In this document: piece after piece, positions 36,267 through 49,028 of the stretch
How the letters are laid out: each line of letters starts with the position of its first letter
Numbering within the stretch: position 1 is the stretch's first letter
Assembly: GCF_041956535.1 (NCBI RefSeq)
Contig: NW_027192193.1
Location: 1,312,678-1,376,677, forward strand
Origin: Calcarisporiella thermophila CBS 279.70
Lineage: Eukaryota; Fungi; Calcarisporiellomycota
Reading direction: 5' to 3'
DNA: 64,000 nucleotides
Made by a program: the position numbers and the translations under genes
Notes under the pieces: model-generated
What the model saw: the letters and a program-made list of their open reading frames with translations, nothing else
Told to the model about the DNA's origin: nothing
The model's database searches: none

Positions 36267-39200
36267 ATGACAAACACGTCAGCAACTAACAAAGATGCTG
36301 CACAGACGTCCGTCCAAGTTGGTGAGTAGTAGAAAAATATGCATTTTTAAAGCATCCTTAATTATAACATCGATCAAACATCATTTCCTTCATCCTGTAT
36401 AGCTCTTCGCATCCGTCCTCTTACAGAATTAGACCGCAATCAACCACGTTTTTCAAAGCAGAAGGCCACGGAAATTCTTGCCGTCACCGAAGCACATAAT
36501 TCAGTCACCATAGTACCTTACAACAAACAATTTACATTTGACCATGTGTTTGGAACTGACTCGACACAGGAGAGCATCTTCGACACTTGCGTACGGAATT
36601 TGCTCCAAAAATTTATCCAAGGTGAGAAGGCTTTTTTGTTGGTATTTAGTTGGTCGAGTATCCTTATCCACTTTTTATTCTCCCCAAGGCTATAATGTCA
36701 CCATATTGGCGTATGGCCAAACTTCCTCGGGAAAGACATATACAATGGGCACGGCTTCCGGAGCAATGAATGAGGCCCCTGAAACAATAGGCATTATTCC
36801 ACGTGCTATTTCTACTCTCTTTGAAAGCCTTAATGCCCCTTCTCAGCCGGCTGCCCAAGGACGGCCTTCTACTCCCGGGCCGCAGGGAGGAAGTGCCATT
36901 CCCACCCCCACTCGAAATGGACGCGCAACTCCCACTCGTATGCAGCGCCCCATGTCTATGCCAGTCTTTCAGAATTTACCATCTGGCGGTACCAGCAACA
37001 ATAACAATAGCAATAACCCCGGCAATTCTAATACCAAAACAACGATTCGTGTATCATTTGTCGAGATTTACAACGAGGAGCTCATTGATCTTCTGAATAC
37101 CGATGGCAGCGAGCGCTCCAATGTGCAGATAAGAGAGGACAATAAAGGGAACATCTATTGGACGGGCGTGCGTGAAGTGATTGTGAATAGCCCGCGAGAA
37201 GTAATGCAATACCTGGCTATAGGATCACAGAATCGCCAAGTGGGCGCGACTGATATGAACGAAAAATCATCTCGCTCTCATGCAATATTTTCCGTAACAC
37301 TTCGGCAGGAGAAATGGTCAGGAAGCGGCGGAGGAGCAAGCATAGCAACAATGGCTGCAAATCGTGCACGGCCGTCGAGCCCCACACCTGGTCGATTGGG
37401 TACACCACGACGCGACTCTTTAATGGCTGAACGCGCCTCGTCGCGGCTGAGTAATGTAGATGATGGGGAAATAACTGTCATCAACTCCAAGTTCCATTTT
37501 GTGGACCTGGCTGGTTCTGAGAGGGTAAGCATCTAGATATTCTATGCATTCCCTTTTTTTTAAAAAAAATATATGGCTCGATACTTAACTCTCTCTTACA
37601 TCTTCTATTTTCTAAAGCTCAAGCGGACAAGTGCGGTTGGTGAAAGAATCAAAGAAGGGATAAGCATCAACGCTGGTCTCCTAGCACTAGGCAATGTGAT
37701 TTCGGCGCTGGGTGATGCATCGCGCAAGGTGACGCACATACCTTACCGAGATTCGAAGCTCACACGTTTATTGCAAGATTCACTCGGTGGAAATGCACAA
37801 ACGTTAATGATTGCTTGCGTGTCGCCTGCTGAGTATAATTTGTCGGAGACCGTGAACACAATCAAATATGCTAATCGTGCGCGCAACATCAAGAATACTG
37901 CCACGCTTAATCATGAAACTCTGCTATCCGACAATGTAGATCACTTGAAGGCCCTGATCGCTAAGCTGAAATCCGAGCTTCAAACTCTCAAAACTAGCGG
38001 TGACCAGTCGACCCCCCATCCTGGTGGCTCAGCACCTGGAGATGAGAACAGGGAGAAAAGTCGAGATGATCAAATGGTGGAGCAGTTGGAGAGCCAGATG
38101 GAGGAGCTTCAGTTAAGTTTTGCAGAGCTATCGGAGCGGCATGTCCAAGTGGAGGCCGAGCTGAATCGATACAAACGTATGCAAAGCAATACTGCGGGAG
38201 CACAAGGCAATAGCGCCTCTTTCCAAGAAATGGTGGAGCCAGTTGTGCAACAGTACGAGAAGGAAATTACATCGCTCGAATCTGAGCTCGCGCTAACTCG
38301 TGCAGCCCTTCGGCACTCTGAAGCAACCCTGGAGGAATACGAGGCTAAGCTGCGTCACCATGAGGTGATGAACGAGCATCAACGTCACACGATTGCCGAT
38401 TTGCGCAATAAGTTGGCAAAACAGCGTGAACGTGACAAGACTTCTGACCAGTACATCGGCCAGCTTGAGACGCAGCTCTCTGAAATAACTCAGGAGCATG
38501 AGCGGCAAAAAATAGAACTTCTCGAAATGAGGGAAAAGTTGGCCCATTCTCGCGAGGTTGGGACCAACAATGAAGACTATATAGGGGATCTGGAGACTCG
38601 GCTTACAAAAGCACAGCAGGATGCCCAACATGCCGCGGAACTCTACCGACAGTTTGAAAACAAGATCGAGGAACGTGAGGCCATGATAGAGGATTTGAAG
38701 GAACGCATCAAGCGTGCCGAGAATCTTGACCTCCAGAAAATGATGCTGGCTGAACTGGATGAGCGCGACAAGAGTATCCAAGTTTTGGAGCGTGAGCTTA
38801 AAGAGGCACGAAGTCAACCCCCCGCTACTAATGGCATAAATGGAAACGTTTCCTCTCCAGCTGGGAATAAAGAGGAAAATAGCGGGAATTCGACCGAAGC
38901 CGAGGCTCTAAAACAACGCATAGCAGCTCTTGAACAGCAGCTGACAGCTGTCCAGAAGACGCACCAAGACACGCTCAAGAATACAACTGAGCTCACGAAG
39001 AAGTACGAGGATTCTCTTGCAAAATCTGCCCAGCTGGAGGCTGCTCTTCTTGATGCACAGCGTGTCGCTGCCAGTAGCGAAGAAAAGGAAGTGCTCAACG
39101 GGGCAAGGCGTGATCTCGATGCCGCACTCGCAGATAAAGAGGGCCTGGCGGCGCAAATGCACCGACTTCGTCAGGAAAATGAGGAACTAGATGCGCAGAT

Positions 39201-41888
39201 TGGGGAGCTACATACACGGATCCAGGAAAAGGCGGCGGAGCATGCATCTGAAACCGCAGTGTACCAGGCGACCATCTCGAGACTTGAAACCGAGCTTGTC
39301 TTGGTGGAAGAACAGCATGCGCAGGCGGTCCGCCAGCTTGATATTAAGGGTCAGGCGGAGGGAGAAGACGCCGAGGAGGCGAGAGAACAGGCTTGGCAGA
39401 CTCAACTCCGACTCGAGAAACGAATTCGTGAACTCGAGGGTGAGTTGGTAATGGCTCGGGAGCTTCATTCAAAATCACAGGCTGGCCGGGAGGAGGCTGT
39501 CCTTGCCGCTTCGATGGCGGTTGCTGACAGTCAAAATCGACTGCAGCAGCTGGAGGAGGAGAAGGCAGTTCAAGAAAAGCACCTTGTGGAGCTTCGCACA
39601 CAGTATTCGGATCTTTTGGCTTCACTTGAAAAGAATGTTTCCACGCTTCCTGATACACATACATCCTCCCTCGAGTCCGTGCAAAATAGTCTGAAGCAGC
39701 TGTCTGAGTTACATGAGAAGTGCACGCACGACTTAGAGACGCAGACAGCTCTTGTTGCGAAACTGAAACAGCGCTTGATGGAGGCGGAGATCGGCTCACA
39801 ACGTGCGCTTTCTGCAAAACTAGAGGAAAACGAGAAGCTCCGCCTCGACCTCAACGCATTGCGCCAGGTTGAACAAAACCAAGAGGCTGTCATCCACGCA
39901 CAGGACGAGGAGATCCGCGAATTACGCGCGGAAGTGGAGCGCCGCGAGGAGCGAGTACGCATTATGGGTTCACAGTTTGATCAGGTGCGGGCGGACATTA
40001 CTGAGATGGAGCGAGAGAAAAATAGCTGGTTTGAGGATAAGGAGACGCTTGAAAAACGCATTCACGAATACGACACGCGGATTGAAGCACTGGAGGCCGA
40101 GCTGGGCAAGGTTGAGATGCGCTCCAGGGAGAGCGAGTCGGAGCTCAATGAAGCCCGCTCTGTATTGGCTCGCTCTGCATCAGAACTTGCGGGTCTGCAA
40201 AAGGCGATCCAGCTCCTCGAACAAGAGAAGCAGGAGGCCGCTACTGAACGGGAGCGGCTCCGACAGCGGAATGATGAGCTCGCAGCCGAATTTGATCGGA
40301 TGACATCGGAAAGTGATGCTCTTAATATTCTCCAGGATAACTTGCAAAAATCTCGGGCGGACCTACAGGCTTGCGAGGCTCAGTTGCAGGAGGCTAAGGG
40401 CCAAATCTCAGAACATGCAAAACGCAGTGCAGAGCTGGAGGCGATGAATCACCAGTTGACGGTGTCGGCAGAGAACAATCACAAGGTTCAGAAGAGCAAG
40501 GTGGCTGAGCTCGAACAAAAGTTGAGCACGCTCGAGGAAGAGCACCAGCGTAACTTACAAGAAGTGGTTGAGGAGATGTCAAGGGTGGAGGCGGAGAGGG
40601 ATGCGATCCAAGAACGATTTTCGCTGCTTCAGAAAGCTGCAAGCGAAGAAGAAGAAAAAGGGGTGAAATTAGAAGCGGAGCTAAATCAGTTGCGCCTCTC
40701 CTTGACACAAAAAGAAGAGATGCATACGTTAATTGAGGTAAGTAAAAAATAGAAATGACCTCGCGATAAGAGTTTGGCTTTGATTCCTTATCATAATTTT
40801 ACCTATGCTGAATCATATCTCAATTAATTTTCTAGAACGAAAAGTCTTCACTTTCGGATAAGATAAGCGAGTTGCAAACCACTAACGCAAAGCTCCAGGA
40901 GCGTCTGGAGAAATTGGAGCAAGAATATACTGAGCTTAAAACGCATGCTGCCAAGGATGCAAAGGAGATGCAGGCGGAGATGCTACAGCTTATGGAGGAA
41001 AACGAGCGTCTTGTGAAGACGATCGAGGACCAGGAGCGAGCATCGAGCTACATTAACACCCCACCGCAAACCCCTCGATCAAACGGGGCTGCCGTTCCAC
41101 TTCCGCCCTCAGCGACCTCAAATCTCAATCAAAAACTTGTGCATTTACAGAACACAGTGCAACAACAAACAAAGATGCTCCGGGCTTTGGAAGAGCGCAA
41201 TGCACAGCTTGAACGAGAGCGGCGCGCAATGGAAGAGTCCATCTCGGATGAAAGGCGTGCATCGAATAGTTCTTCTGCAGCAGGAGTTCGCTCTTCATCT
41301 CGCACCAGTAATGGCCCCTCGCTCCCACCTCCCACACCTCCCCCCAATAATCCGCTACCCCCTCCCCCTCCTACCGCTTTTGCCCCCCCATCTAGCCCCC
41401 CGCCCCAGCTTACTACCGCCCCCATGACATCGCGACCAGCAGCGCTTCAGCGCGCCGGCTCTCTCAACTCTGTTGGATCGGCTGGATCTACCGATTCCAT
41501 ACAGTATGAGAAGACCGTGGCACAGATGAATAAGCGCATCTCTGGCCTTGAAGCTGATCTCCGTGCCCACCAAGAGATAGTTCACAACGTCGAGTCGCAG
41601 CTCCAGCGTACACAAACACAGCTCCGTGAGTCTCGAAAGGACAACGAGGTGCTTGCGCGCGACAACCAGGCCCTTGCCGAAGAGGTGGAGGCGAGTAAGG
41701 GGGATCTGGAGCGGATGAGAAAGGAGTTTCAGGATGCCATCACGTCCTACGAATCGAAATTGCGCACACTCGAGGATCAGGTATCGCAGGAGCGAAAACA
41801 GAGAGAAAAGGCGGAGCGAGCTCGCGGGATTCTCGAAAATCGAATCGAGGATCTTGTACAAAAGAAATCCAAGTTTATTTGCTTCTAA
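36267..41888 (+). CDS. Kinesin-4 family (KIF4/KIF21-like) motor with very long coiled-coil stalk
   Basis: [24 protein letters not shown] (P-loop), [43 protein letters not shown]; over 1000 aa of coiled coil and a Pro-rich tail. Confidence 0.95.
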
Positions 41889-42228
41889 TCAAATACGCTC
41901 CTACTCTCACCCCCCCCCCCCACCTAAAAAATAAGCCTTTCGCTTTTCATTTCGATGGTTATTGTCTTTTGTTATTGTCCTTAATATTTGGTATTATTAT
42001 TTTGATCTATATTTCATTCTATATATTATCTGGTACCAATTTTCTCTTCACTGTGTTCTTTTTCTTAGTGCGCGTTTTTCTATTTCCTACTCTCCCTTTC
42101 CCCTCCAACCTGTTATTCAGTGAAGTAATTTTCGTGCATTTTTTTCTTTGAATTATAAATATCCCCCCATCAAATTCTCCTTCAATTTCTCAGGAAAATG
42201 AAACTATCTTTTTGTCTTATCTAATAAC

Positions 42229-43383
42229 ATGGAATTTAAAAATCAAGACGCCATGGTTCAATTAGGAGAATTCAGTCCTATATGGAACTTCATCTCCGCA
42301 CACATATCCCCTTCAGCTTCGTCTGCTTTGCATCTGCAACCCAATTTGAGAGAATATGAATACGAAGCGAAGAGAGTCGGAGATGTTGCGTATGATCTGG
42401 GCGATTTTGAAGCGGTCTTCAAGTATCTTGAGCAGGAGCGTGCCTCCATTGCTAATGCAAGAATAAAGACAACAAATCAGAACATGCTCTACTCATCAGA
42501 TCCTCTAGCTGTCCAGCTGTCGTCCTCCATTTCTAGTCCATATAAAATGGAGCCCGGCTTGATCCCCCTTCAGATTATAAAGAAGAGCAAACTTAAAGCT
42601 GTGCTCGACAACAAGAAGCGGTCATCCAAGAAGAAGTTGTTACAGCAGGAGTCGATATCCACTACAGGTGTGGCTAAGGAGGAGAGCATGTTACCCTCAA
42701 CCTTATTATACCCTTTAACCATATCAAGCTATTTTCAATACTCATCGATTCTTCCACCCCCACTTTCGCGATCGGAAAATGACTCCGCTCACATTTTTAT
42801 CGACAACTCGAATATCGTGGTCGGCATGCTGACCCACTGTCCACCTAATTCTCGCCCAAAATTGCGGTACGATTCTCTCTTTTGTATACTGGAACGCGGT
42901 TGGAGGGTCGCCCGTCGCATACTGGTTGCCTCAACTCCTTTGTATCAGCCGCTGCAGGGAGCGGAGCGTGCTAACTATAGCGTGTCTGTGTTGCGGCGGG
43001 TTGCTCAGCGGAGCCCCGGTTTTTCTTCCTCATCCTCGTCTTCCGAAGACAGTCCCAGCTCACTAGCCACGACTTCTAGGCGCAATACGGAGCAGTGCGT
43101 GGATGAGCTTCTCCAGCTCAAGATATTCGAATCACTGTTGGATCATGCACCAGCGACGCTCGTGCTCGCCACAGGAGACGGTAAAACTGGCGAGTTTTCA
43201 AGCGGGTTCTACCGTGCAGTCGTTAGAGCGCTGGAACGAGGCTGGCGGGTTGAAATAGTAAGCTGGCGACATCAACTGAGTAAAGTGTACTGGGGTGATG
43301 AAATGATGCAATGGGGAGAACGGGGCCAATATGGCGTGGTGCTGCTGGACTGGTTTGAAGAGGAGCTCATTCGAAAGCTGTAA
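42229..43383 (+). CDS. NYN/LabA-DUF88-type PIN-fold nuclease, intronless
   Basis: HIFIDNSNI, EQCVDELL, LVLATGDG and GWRVEIVSW carry the conserved acidic residues of the NYN fold. Confidence 0.82.
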   Translation: MEFKNQDAMVQLGEFSPIWNFISAHISPSASSALHLQPNLREYEYEAKRVGDVAYDLGDFEAVFKYLEQERASIANARIKTTNQNMLYSSDPLAVQLSSSISSPYKMEPGLIPLQIIKKSKLKAVLDNKKRSSKKKLLQQESISTTGVAKEESMLPSTLLYPLTISSYFQYSSILPPPLSRSENDSAHIFIDNSNIVVGMLTHCPPNSRPKLRYDSLFCILERGWRVARRILVASTPLYQPLQGAERANYSVSVLRRVAQRSPGFSSSSSSSEDSPSSLATTSRRNTEQCVDELLQLKIFESLLDHAPATLVLATGDGKTGEFSSGFYRAVVRALERGWRVEIVSWRHQLSKVYWGDEMMQWGERGQYGVVLLDWFEEELIRKL

Positions 43384-43813
43384 AATCGTACATATCCATG
43401 TGTATATAGAGCACGCTTTTAAATTTTAAATTCAGAGTTACTGCTTCATTTGTTTTTCTAGTGTCACTTATGTTTCCTTGGTGTGTTTTTATTTGCACTT
43501 TCTTTGCTTGAGGGTACTTTATTTTTCTCTTATCTCGGATTCCCAATTTACCAGATGGTTTTCTTAATTTTCAACGTTGCTGTAATTTAATGTCATATTT
43601 ATGCTTCGTTTTTGTCCAATCCTCCTACGATGTTTGGCTCATTCTACATTGTTTTTCAAAATTTCCATTTGCAATCGATTCAATATCCGATTACTCGAAC
43701 ACTCGAAATTACATTTTCATATGTTGACATTCTAGAGGAAAAAGATTTTTCCTTAATGCTTATTTTTTATTTTCAACCATCTCGATCTACATTATTCATC
43801 AATCCATTGCATC

Positions 43814-44657
43814 ATGTTTCGCTTGCCATTGCGCTCACTCTTATCTTCTGCTCGTCCTTTCAGGGCTCAAGCACCTAAACCCTACTCAAATACCAGGAAA
43901 TATTTTACCTTAAACAATACATTTTCTCGACGATCCAGTAAAATAGCGGCTTCTGCCATCGCCGGAGCAGCGACCCTCGCCGCCCTTATAACATACCCTA
44001 GAAACCCATCCACCCACTGCCAGCATCAACAAGCGTCTATTGAGCCCGCCTTTTCTGAACCTGAAGTTGAGGCTCAACTTGAATTAGAGCGGGAGCAGCT
44101 CAGCATTGTAAAACAACTCCGTGCAAATGACAACTATACTATATATACTCCACGAGCCCTCGTAACCTCGGAAGAGAAGCCCTATCAACTTATAATTCAC
44201 AGTCTTCGTGGAAAAGATAAGATAGCACTACCTCCACTCACGTTTAGGAGTAGAGATGGGACTGAGGCGGTGACCATTGTGCATTTGGGAGAAGCCGTCT
44301 GCGGTCACAAAGGCATTGTACATGGAGGGCTTCTTGCAACACTTCTAGATGAGGCGTTTGCTCATGTGGTATGACTAATTTTTCTACTGCTCAAGACTAC
44401 TAAGATCTGATATAAAACTGACAACGTATCCTATTCACTAGGCCATTCCCAACCTACCTGGGAAAACTGGTTTCACGGCCAACATGAACATCAACTACCG
44501 ACGTCCGTGTTTCGCGGGTCGTTTTGTGATTATTCGCTCCAAACTGACTCAGCTTGAGGGTCGCAAAGCGTACGCTGAGGCTTCCATTTGTGATTTGGAA
44601 GGCAACATATACACCGAAGGCACCTCGCTCTTTGTCGCACCAAAACCTAGGGCATAG
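43814..44657 (+). CDS. PaaI/hotdog-fold thioesterase, probably mitochondrial (THEM4/Fmp10-like)
   Basis: Arg-rich presequence MFRLPLRSLLSSARPFR; HLGEAVCGHKGIVHGGLLATLLDE; exon 2 GFTANMNINYRRP...EGRKAYAEA. Confidence 0.9.
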
Positions 44658-45779
44658 AACAGCTTGGCAATTTTCTAGACAAACGAATCCACTCCCTCCT
44701 CCCTCCTTTTTTAAATTATAATTGAGATTTAATATTCCGTCACTAGAAAAATACATCAAACTTAGATCCTCCTTTATTTTTATATCGTGATACCGCTCAA
44801 ATATTCCTATACTCTTTTGCCCTTAGTTGTATTATCTTAAATAAGCTTATCCTAAATATCACGCCCTTCTCTGATGGAAAATCTGAATATAGTGTAGGTT
44901 CGGGTCTACATATATATTTTTAGTAGGCTCTTATACTCCTCATTGACCGGTATATTATCGCTTCCACTTAAATGAGCTAGAATTGGGGGGGGGGGGGGAA
45001 TTGGAGTAGTTCAGAAGAGCACTTATGGTTGTGTTCCTGGCGCTGGGCTCTTCGCTTGATGATGGTTTTATGAGGCTATGTATAGTATGTTTAAGCTTAT
45101 GCATTAAGGGGATGTTGTAGAAGACTTTTTTGGACGATCTAGACACCATGCATGGAGAAACCAATAGCGTAGCCATTTTTTGGAAGAACCAATTCTTAAC
45201 CATTACTTAATAGATTCGTCATAATCTGTTAATATGGTCTTTTTACATGACACTTTACCATTTTTATGGCGTGCCCCTCGTTTAGCAAGGTCTTGTTCAC
45301 ATTATCTAACGATACCCAGTCGACCCCAAACTTACACCGGGGATATACTGGCGGGGAAATCTTGCTAAAAATGGCGATGTCCTTCAGTATCGAACCAAGC
45401 TTTCAGACCTGGAGTATCTGCATTTCAAGCTAAGGTCTGTTTCTGATACTCTAGGACAAACAACACAGGCGAATTTGTTTTGGGAAGAGCTAACTCAAGT
45501 GGGTGATGGAGTGAGATTTCATGCAGATTGAAGCGTCAGCCCAGCAGATGAACAACGGGATCGACGTTTTGGTTTGAGTCGATCAGGGTTCAAATACGGC
45601 AGGAGAGACAAATTACCTTCTACGATATAGTAGAGCTATCGAGTGCAACTCTTGGTGGAACGTATAAAAAGGTGTTCGGTCCATTATTCGATGTCCTCAA
45701 CTTATTATCGCTGCGCTATATAAGCAACCCCTTTCCATTCTTTGCTCTGCTTCCATCTAATCCTTCCAGTCACTTAACA

Positions 45780-46073
45780 ATGAAGGCCTCTGTACTCTTT
45801 GCGCTTGCTTCATATGCCTTGATTGCCTTATCGGAAGTGGCTCCCGCTCAGGGGAAGCTTAGCAAAGCTTCGGCTCCCAAAGTCACCTCTACCCCGCTCT
45901 TAAGGCTAGGCCAACTGTTAACGGTGGATGGATCTAGCAAACCACTCATTAGGATCAATGCTCAGCGAGCTGGGTCAAATTGGTACAATCGCTACCCGAA
46001 TAACAACGCGCAGCCGGTCATTCAAGTGGGAGATTTGATAGACAGTTTGGGGAAGTTGTTAAATAGTTTGTAA
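45780..46073 (+). CDS. Small secreted protein (97 aa), unknown function
   Basis: TATA at ~45717; acaATG context; signal peptide MKASVLFALASYALIALSEVAPA; no Cys. Confidence 0.65.
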   Translation: MKASVLFALASYALIALSEVAPAQGKLSKASAPKVTSTPLLRLGQLLTVDGSSKPLIRINAQRAGSNWYNRYPNNNAQPVIQVGDLIDSLGKLLNSL

Positions 46074-46727
46074 CTATTTAATTCAGGGGCATGTATTAGA
46101 AATGTATTAGGAAGATAGCTCTGTTTTCATGATTATAATTCATGGTTATAACTGATATATATAATAGCAACATTAAATGAATCACCTTTTAACATCTCTC
46201 TTGTCGATGAATAATAATTCATATGGAAGAGGAAATTTGCTCTGATTTCTGTAAAAAATGCACAAAAAATCTATACCTGAGTTAAGTAACTAAATTCCCG
46301 TCCGAGGAAGCGACTATTGCAGGTAATACTAATTTCATCATTCATTCACTGGATCAGTAAAAATGGGTATGTCCGATTTTCAATTATATGTGGTGGCAAA
46401 AATCGTGGGTCAAAATCTGATATCAACTAGTAATAGAGTAAATGCAAGGCTGATTCTAGAGAGCAATAGCTACCACGCATATTGTAATGGTAATATGAGA
46501 TGCACAGGCACCACACTATTCGATGTGGTAAACTCGCTAAGTGATATATTAAAGTGGTAGAATAGAAGTGCGTGTAATTACAGAACGATGGAGGTGCATT
46601 AGATACTTGAACAATCCATGTTGTTTCAAAATCTCACCTGAATTGCTTGAATGTAAGCGAAGTTCGAAGGAAAAAAACATACTGGCATTCACTAAAATCT
46701 GTGTATTATTATGTTATAAGCAATCAT

Positions 46728-47316
46728 CCCAACAAAAAAACCCGCCTGGTGAAAATTCTAGAAAATGTATAGGAGCATGTAGAAAAGATGGAGGAGGTTC
46801 GCGATTCCNNNNNNNNNNNNNNNNNNNNNNNNNNNNNNNNNNNNNNNNNNNNNNNNNNNNNNNNNNNNNNNNNNNNNNNNNNNNNNNNNNNNNNNNNNNN
46901 NNNNNNNNNNNNNNNNNNNNNNNNNNNNNNNNNNNNNNNNNNNNNNNNNNNNNNNNNNNNNNNNNNNNNNNNNNNNNNNNNNNNNNNNNNNNNNNNNNNN
47001 NNNNNNNNNNNNNNNNNNNNNNNNNNNNNNNNNNNNNNNNNNNNNNNNNNNNNNNNNNNNNNNNNNNNNNNNNNNNNNNNNNNNNNNNNNNNNNNNNNNN
47101 NNNNNNNNNNNNNNNNNNNNNNNNNNNNNNNNNNNNNNNNNNNNNNNNNNNNNNNNNNNNNNNNNNNNNNNNNNNNNNNNNNNNNNNNNNNNNNNNNNAG
47201 TCTACAAACTATAGTGAAAAGTTTGTAAAAATTTAGGGAATCGCGAACCTCCTCCATCTTTTCTACATGCTCCTATACATTTTCTAGAATTTTCACCAGG
47301 CGGGTTTTTTGTAGGG
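46728..47316. mobile_element. Non-autonomous TIR DNA element (CMC/EnSpm-like) spanning an assembly gap
   Basis: Near-perfect inverted repeats of at least ~80 bp (46728-46808 and ~47237-47316) with CCC...GGG termini and a CAT direct repeat on both sides (46725-27, 47317-19). Confidence 0.6.
46809..47198. other. Assembly gap (390 N)
   Basis: Run of N. Confidence 1.
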
Positions 47317-47436
47317 CATACTTTTCACGCCATTCTATATAGCGATATATGAGAGAGTTATCACTGTTTATTTCCTTTCCTATACAACCTAAACTTATCT
47401 TTCCAAATATTGCAATCATATCAAACTGCCAATATA

Positions 47437-47688
47437 TCATACATGCGCTTCTTTCATTAAGTCACCTATTTTGAATTCGATGTCTCTGCGCGTTACTCTA
47501 GTACCATCAGGGTTGGCGTGTTGGTTTTGTTCCCTTCCTTCATTTGTAACCCTTGTTCCTTCTGGATTCATATTTTCATTCTTGTTCGTGATCCTTATGC
47601 CTCGACTCTCTATCTTTTCCATGGCTGGAGACGCCAATGTGACGGCAAGAAAGCAAAGAAAAATTGTAACAACAACAAATCTCTTCAT
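47437..47688 (-). CDS. Small secreted repeat-peptide precursor (83 aa)
   Basis: TATA at 47725-47732; signal peptide MKRFVVVTIFLCFLAVTLA; repeats NPEGTRVT and NPDGTRVT; dibasic RR site. Confidence 0.75.
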   Translation of the reverse strand: MKRFVVVTIFLCFLAVTLASPAMEKIESRGIRITNKNENMNPEGTRVTNEGREQNQHANPDGTRVTRRDIEFKIGDLMKEAHV

Positions 47689-49028
47689 CCTTTGGTTGCT
47701 AATCGTTCTTAGTCCAGTATGGCCTATATATATTGCGAAAATCTTTCCGAGGCTGTGAAAATCTCACATCCATACTTGAGGGTAGTTAAAAGTCGGCTGA
47801 CTCAACTCAATTTTTTTTTGTTTTCCTCGCATGAAGCATAGCCTCGTTGAAAATTGCAAGCTTTTCTACTTAAACGAACCTTCATCCCATTAATTTTGGT
47901 ATTTTTACCTAATTACCGATTATGTACTAATCTTTAGGAATATTTTATCACCAGACAGAATTAGAGTAATTAAAAATGGCCTACATCTGATTCCCCCATA
48001 ATTAATTTTCTTAGATGAATTAATATCTATCGTTTCAAAGAGCAAAGTTTTTTGGGATCAAACAGATATAGTTTTTTACTGCACATTACAGCCTCGCCAC
48101 ATTGACGCCTCATCCTCCATTGGATTTATTGAGAAAATTTTTAAGTGCTCCGATCGACCTGGTAAGGAAAATTGGGAAAGAAGTTTGCATCAATTAGCGT
48201 ACGTGGAGAGCAACCTGCCTGGACTTTGTATTCTCAAATAATATAATATCGACATAGTTATAATGGAAAAAGATACGATGAAATGTAAACATCGTTATAC
48301 ATCATTATAAGCTTGTGCGCTTGAAAGAGTTCTATGTAGAGTATAAATGACATATGGTTGTGTCGATATTGAGGCTATGTGATCCAGATAATGTAAAGGA
48401 GAAGGGCGAACAACAAGATAGACGAGATGCGTACTAAAAAATCAGTAATATATCTCCAAATCTATTAATATGTGATGCACTTGACTATGGGAATGGCATT
48501 CCCTGTTTTTCTAATTAAAAACAATTTAGTTGGTATAACCATGAAACAATTGTAAATGATCTCTACACATGTTAAGATTTTTAAACAAGCCCGTCATTAA
48601 ATTGACTAGAATTATTGCTTCTCATTTTTACCTCAGGTTCAGAAAAGTAATACTAGCTTAGACATGAAATTGAGCATTCATCATAATCTTCCAACCTAAA
48701 GACTATTGTAGGAAATAAAATAGTGATCCACTTCTGGGATTATAGAACAGTCATCTGGGTCTAAATGAGGGCTATTACTAATTTATGATAATATTAAATA
48801 CGCAATCTACTCATCCATCGATAAACTAAAACACGTGGGCACCAATTACTATTCCCTTAATTATACATATTGAAGGCTAGCATGTCGTGTTCCATAACAG
48901 CAGTGATTTTAATTTTTTTGTGAGGGTTGCTTGTCGAATTGTTTTTCATAAAACTCCATTGATATTTGATTTGGGTGGGCCAAACAGTATCGAAAGTGGC
49001 ATTTAATCTTGAGCTTTCGTTACTAAAA

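Noticed and set aside
37994-41861. Numerous antisense and alternate-frame ORFs over kinesin (also over RNR1, CBS and Cti6)
   Set aside because: Shadow ORFs of GC-rich coding sequence with no motifs.
46568-47257. ORFs spanning the N run
   Set aside because: Artefacts of translating the assembly gap.
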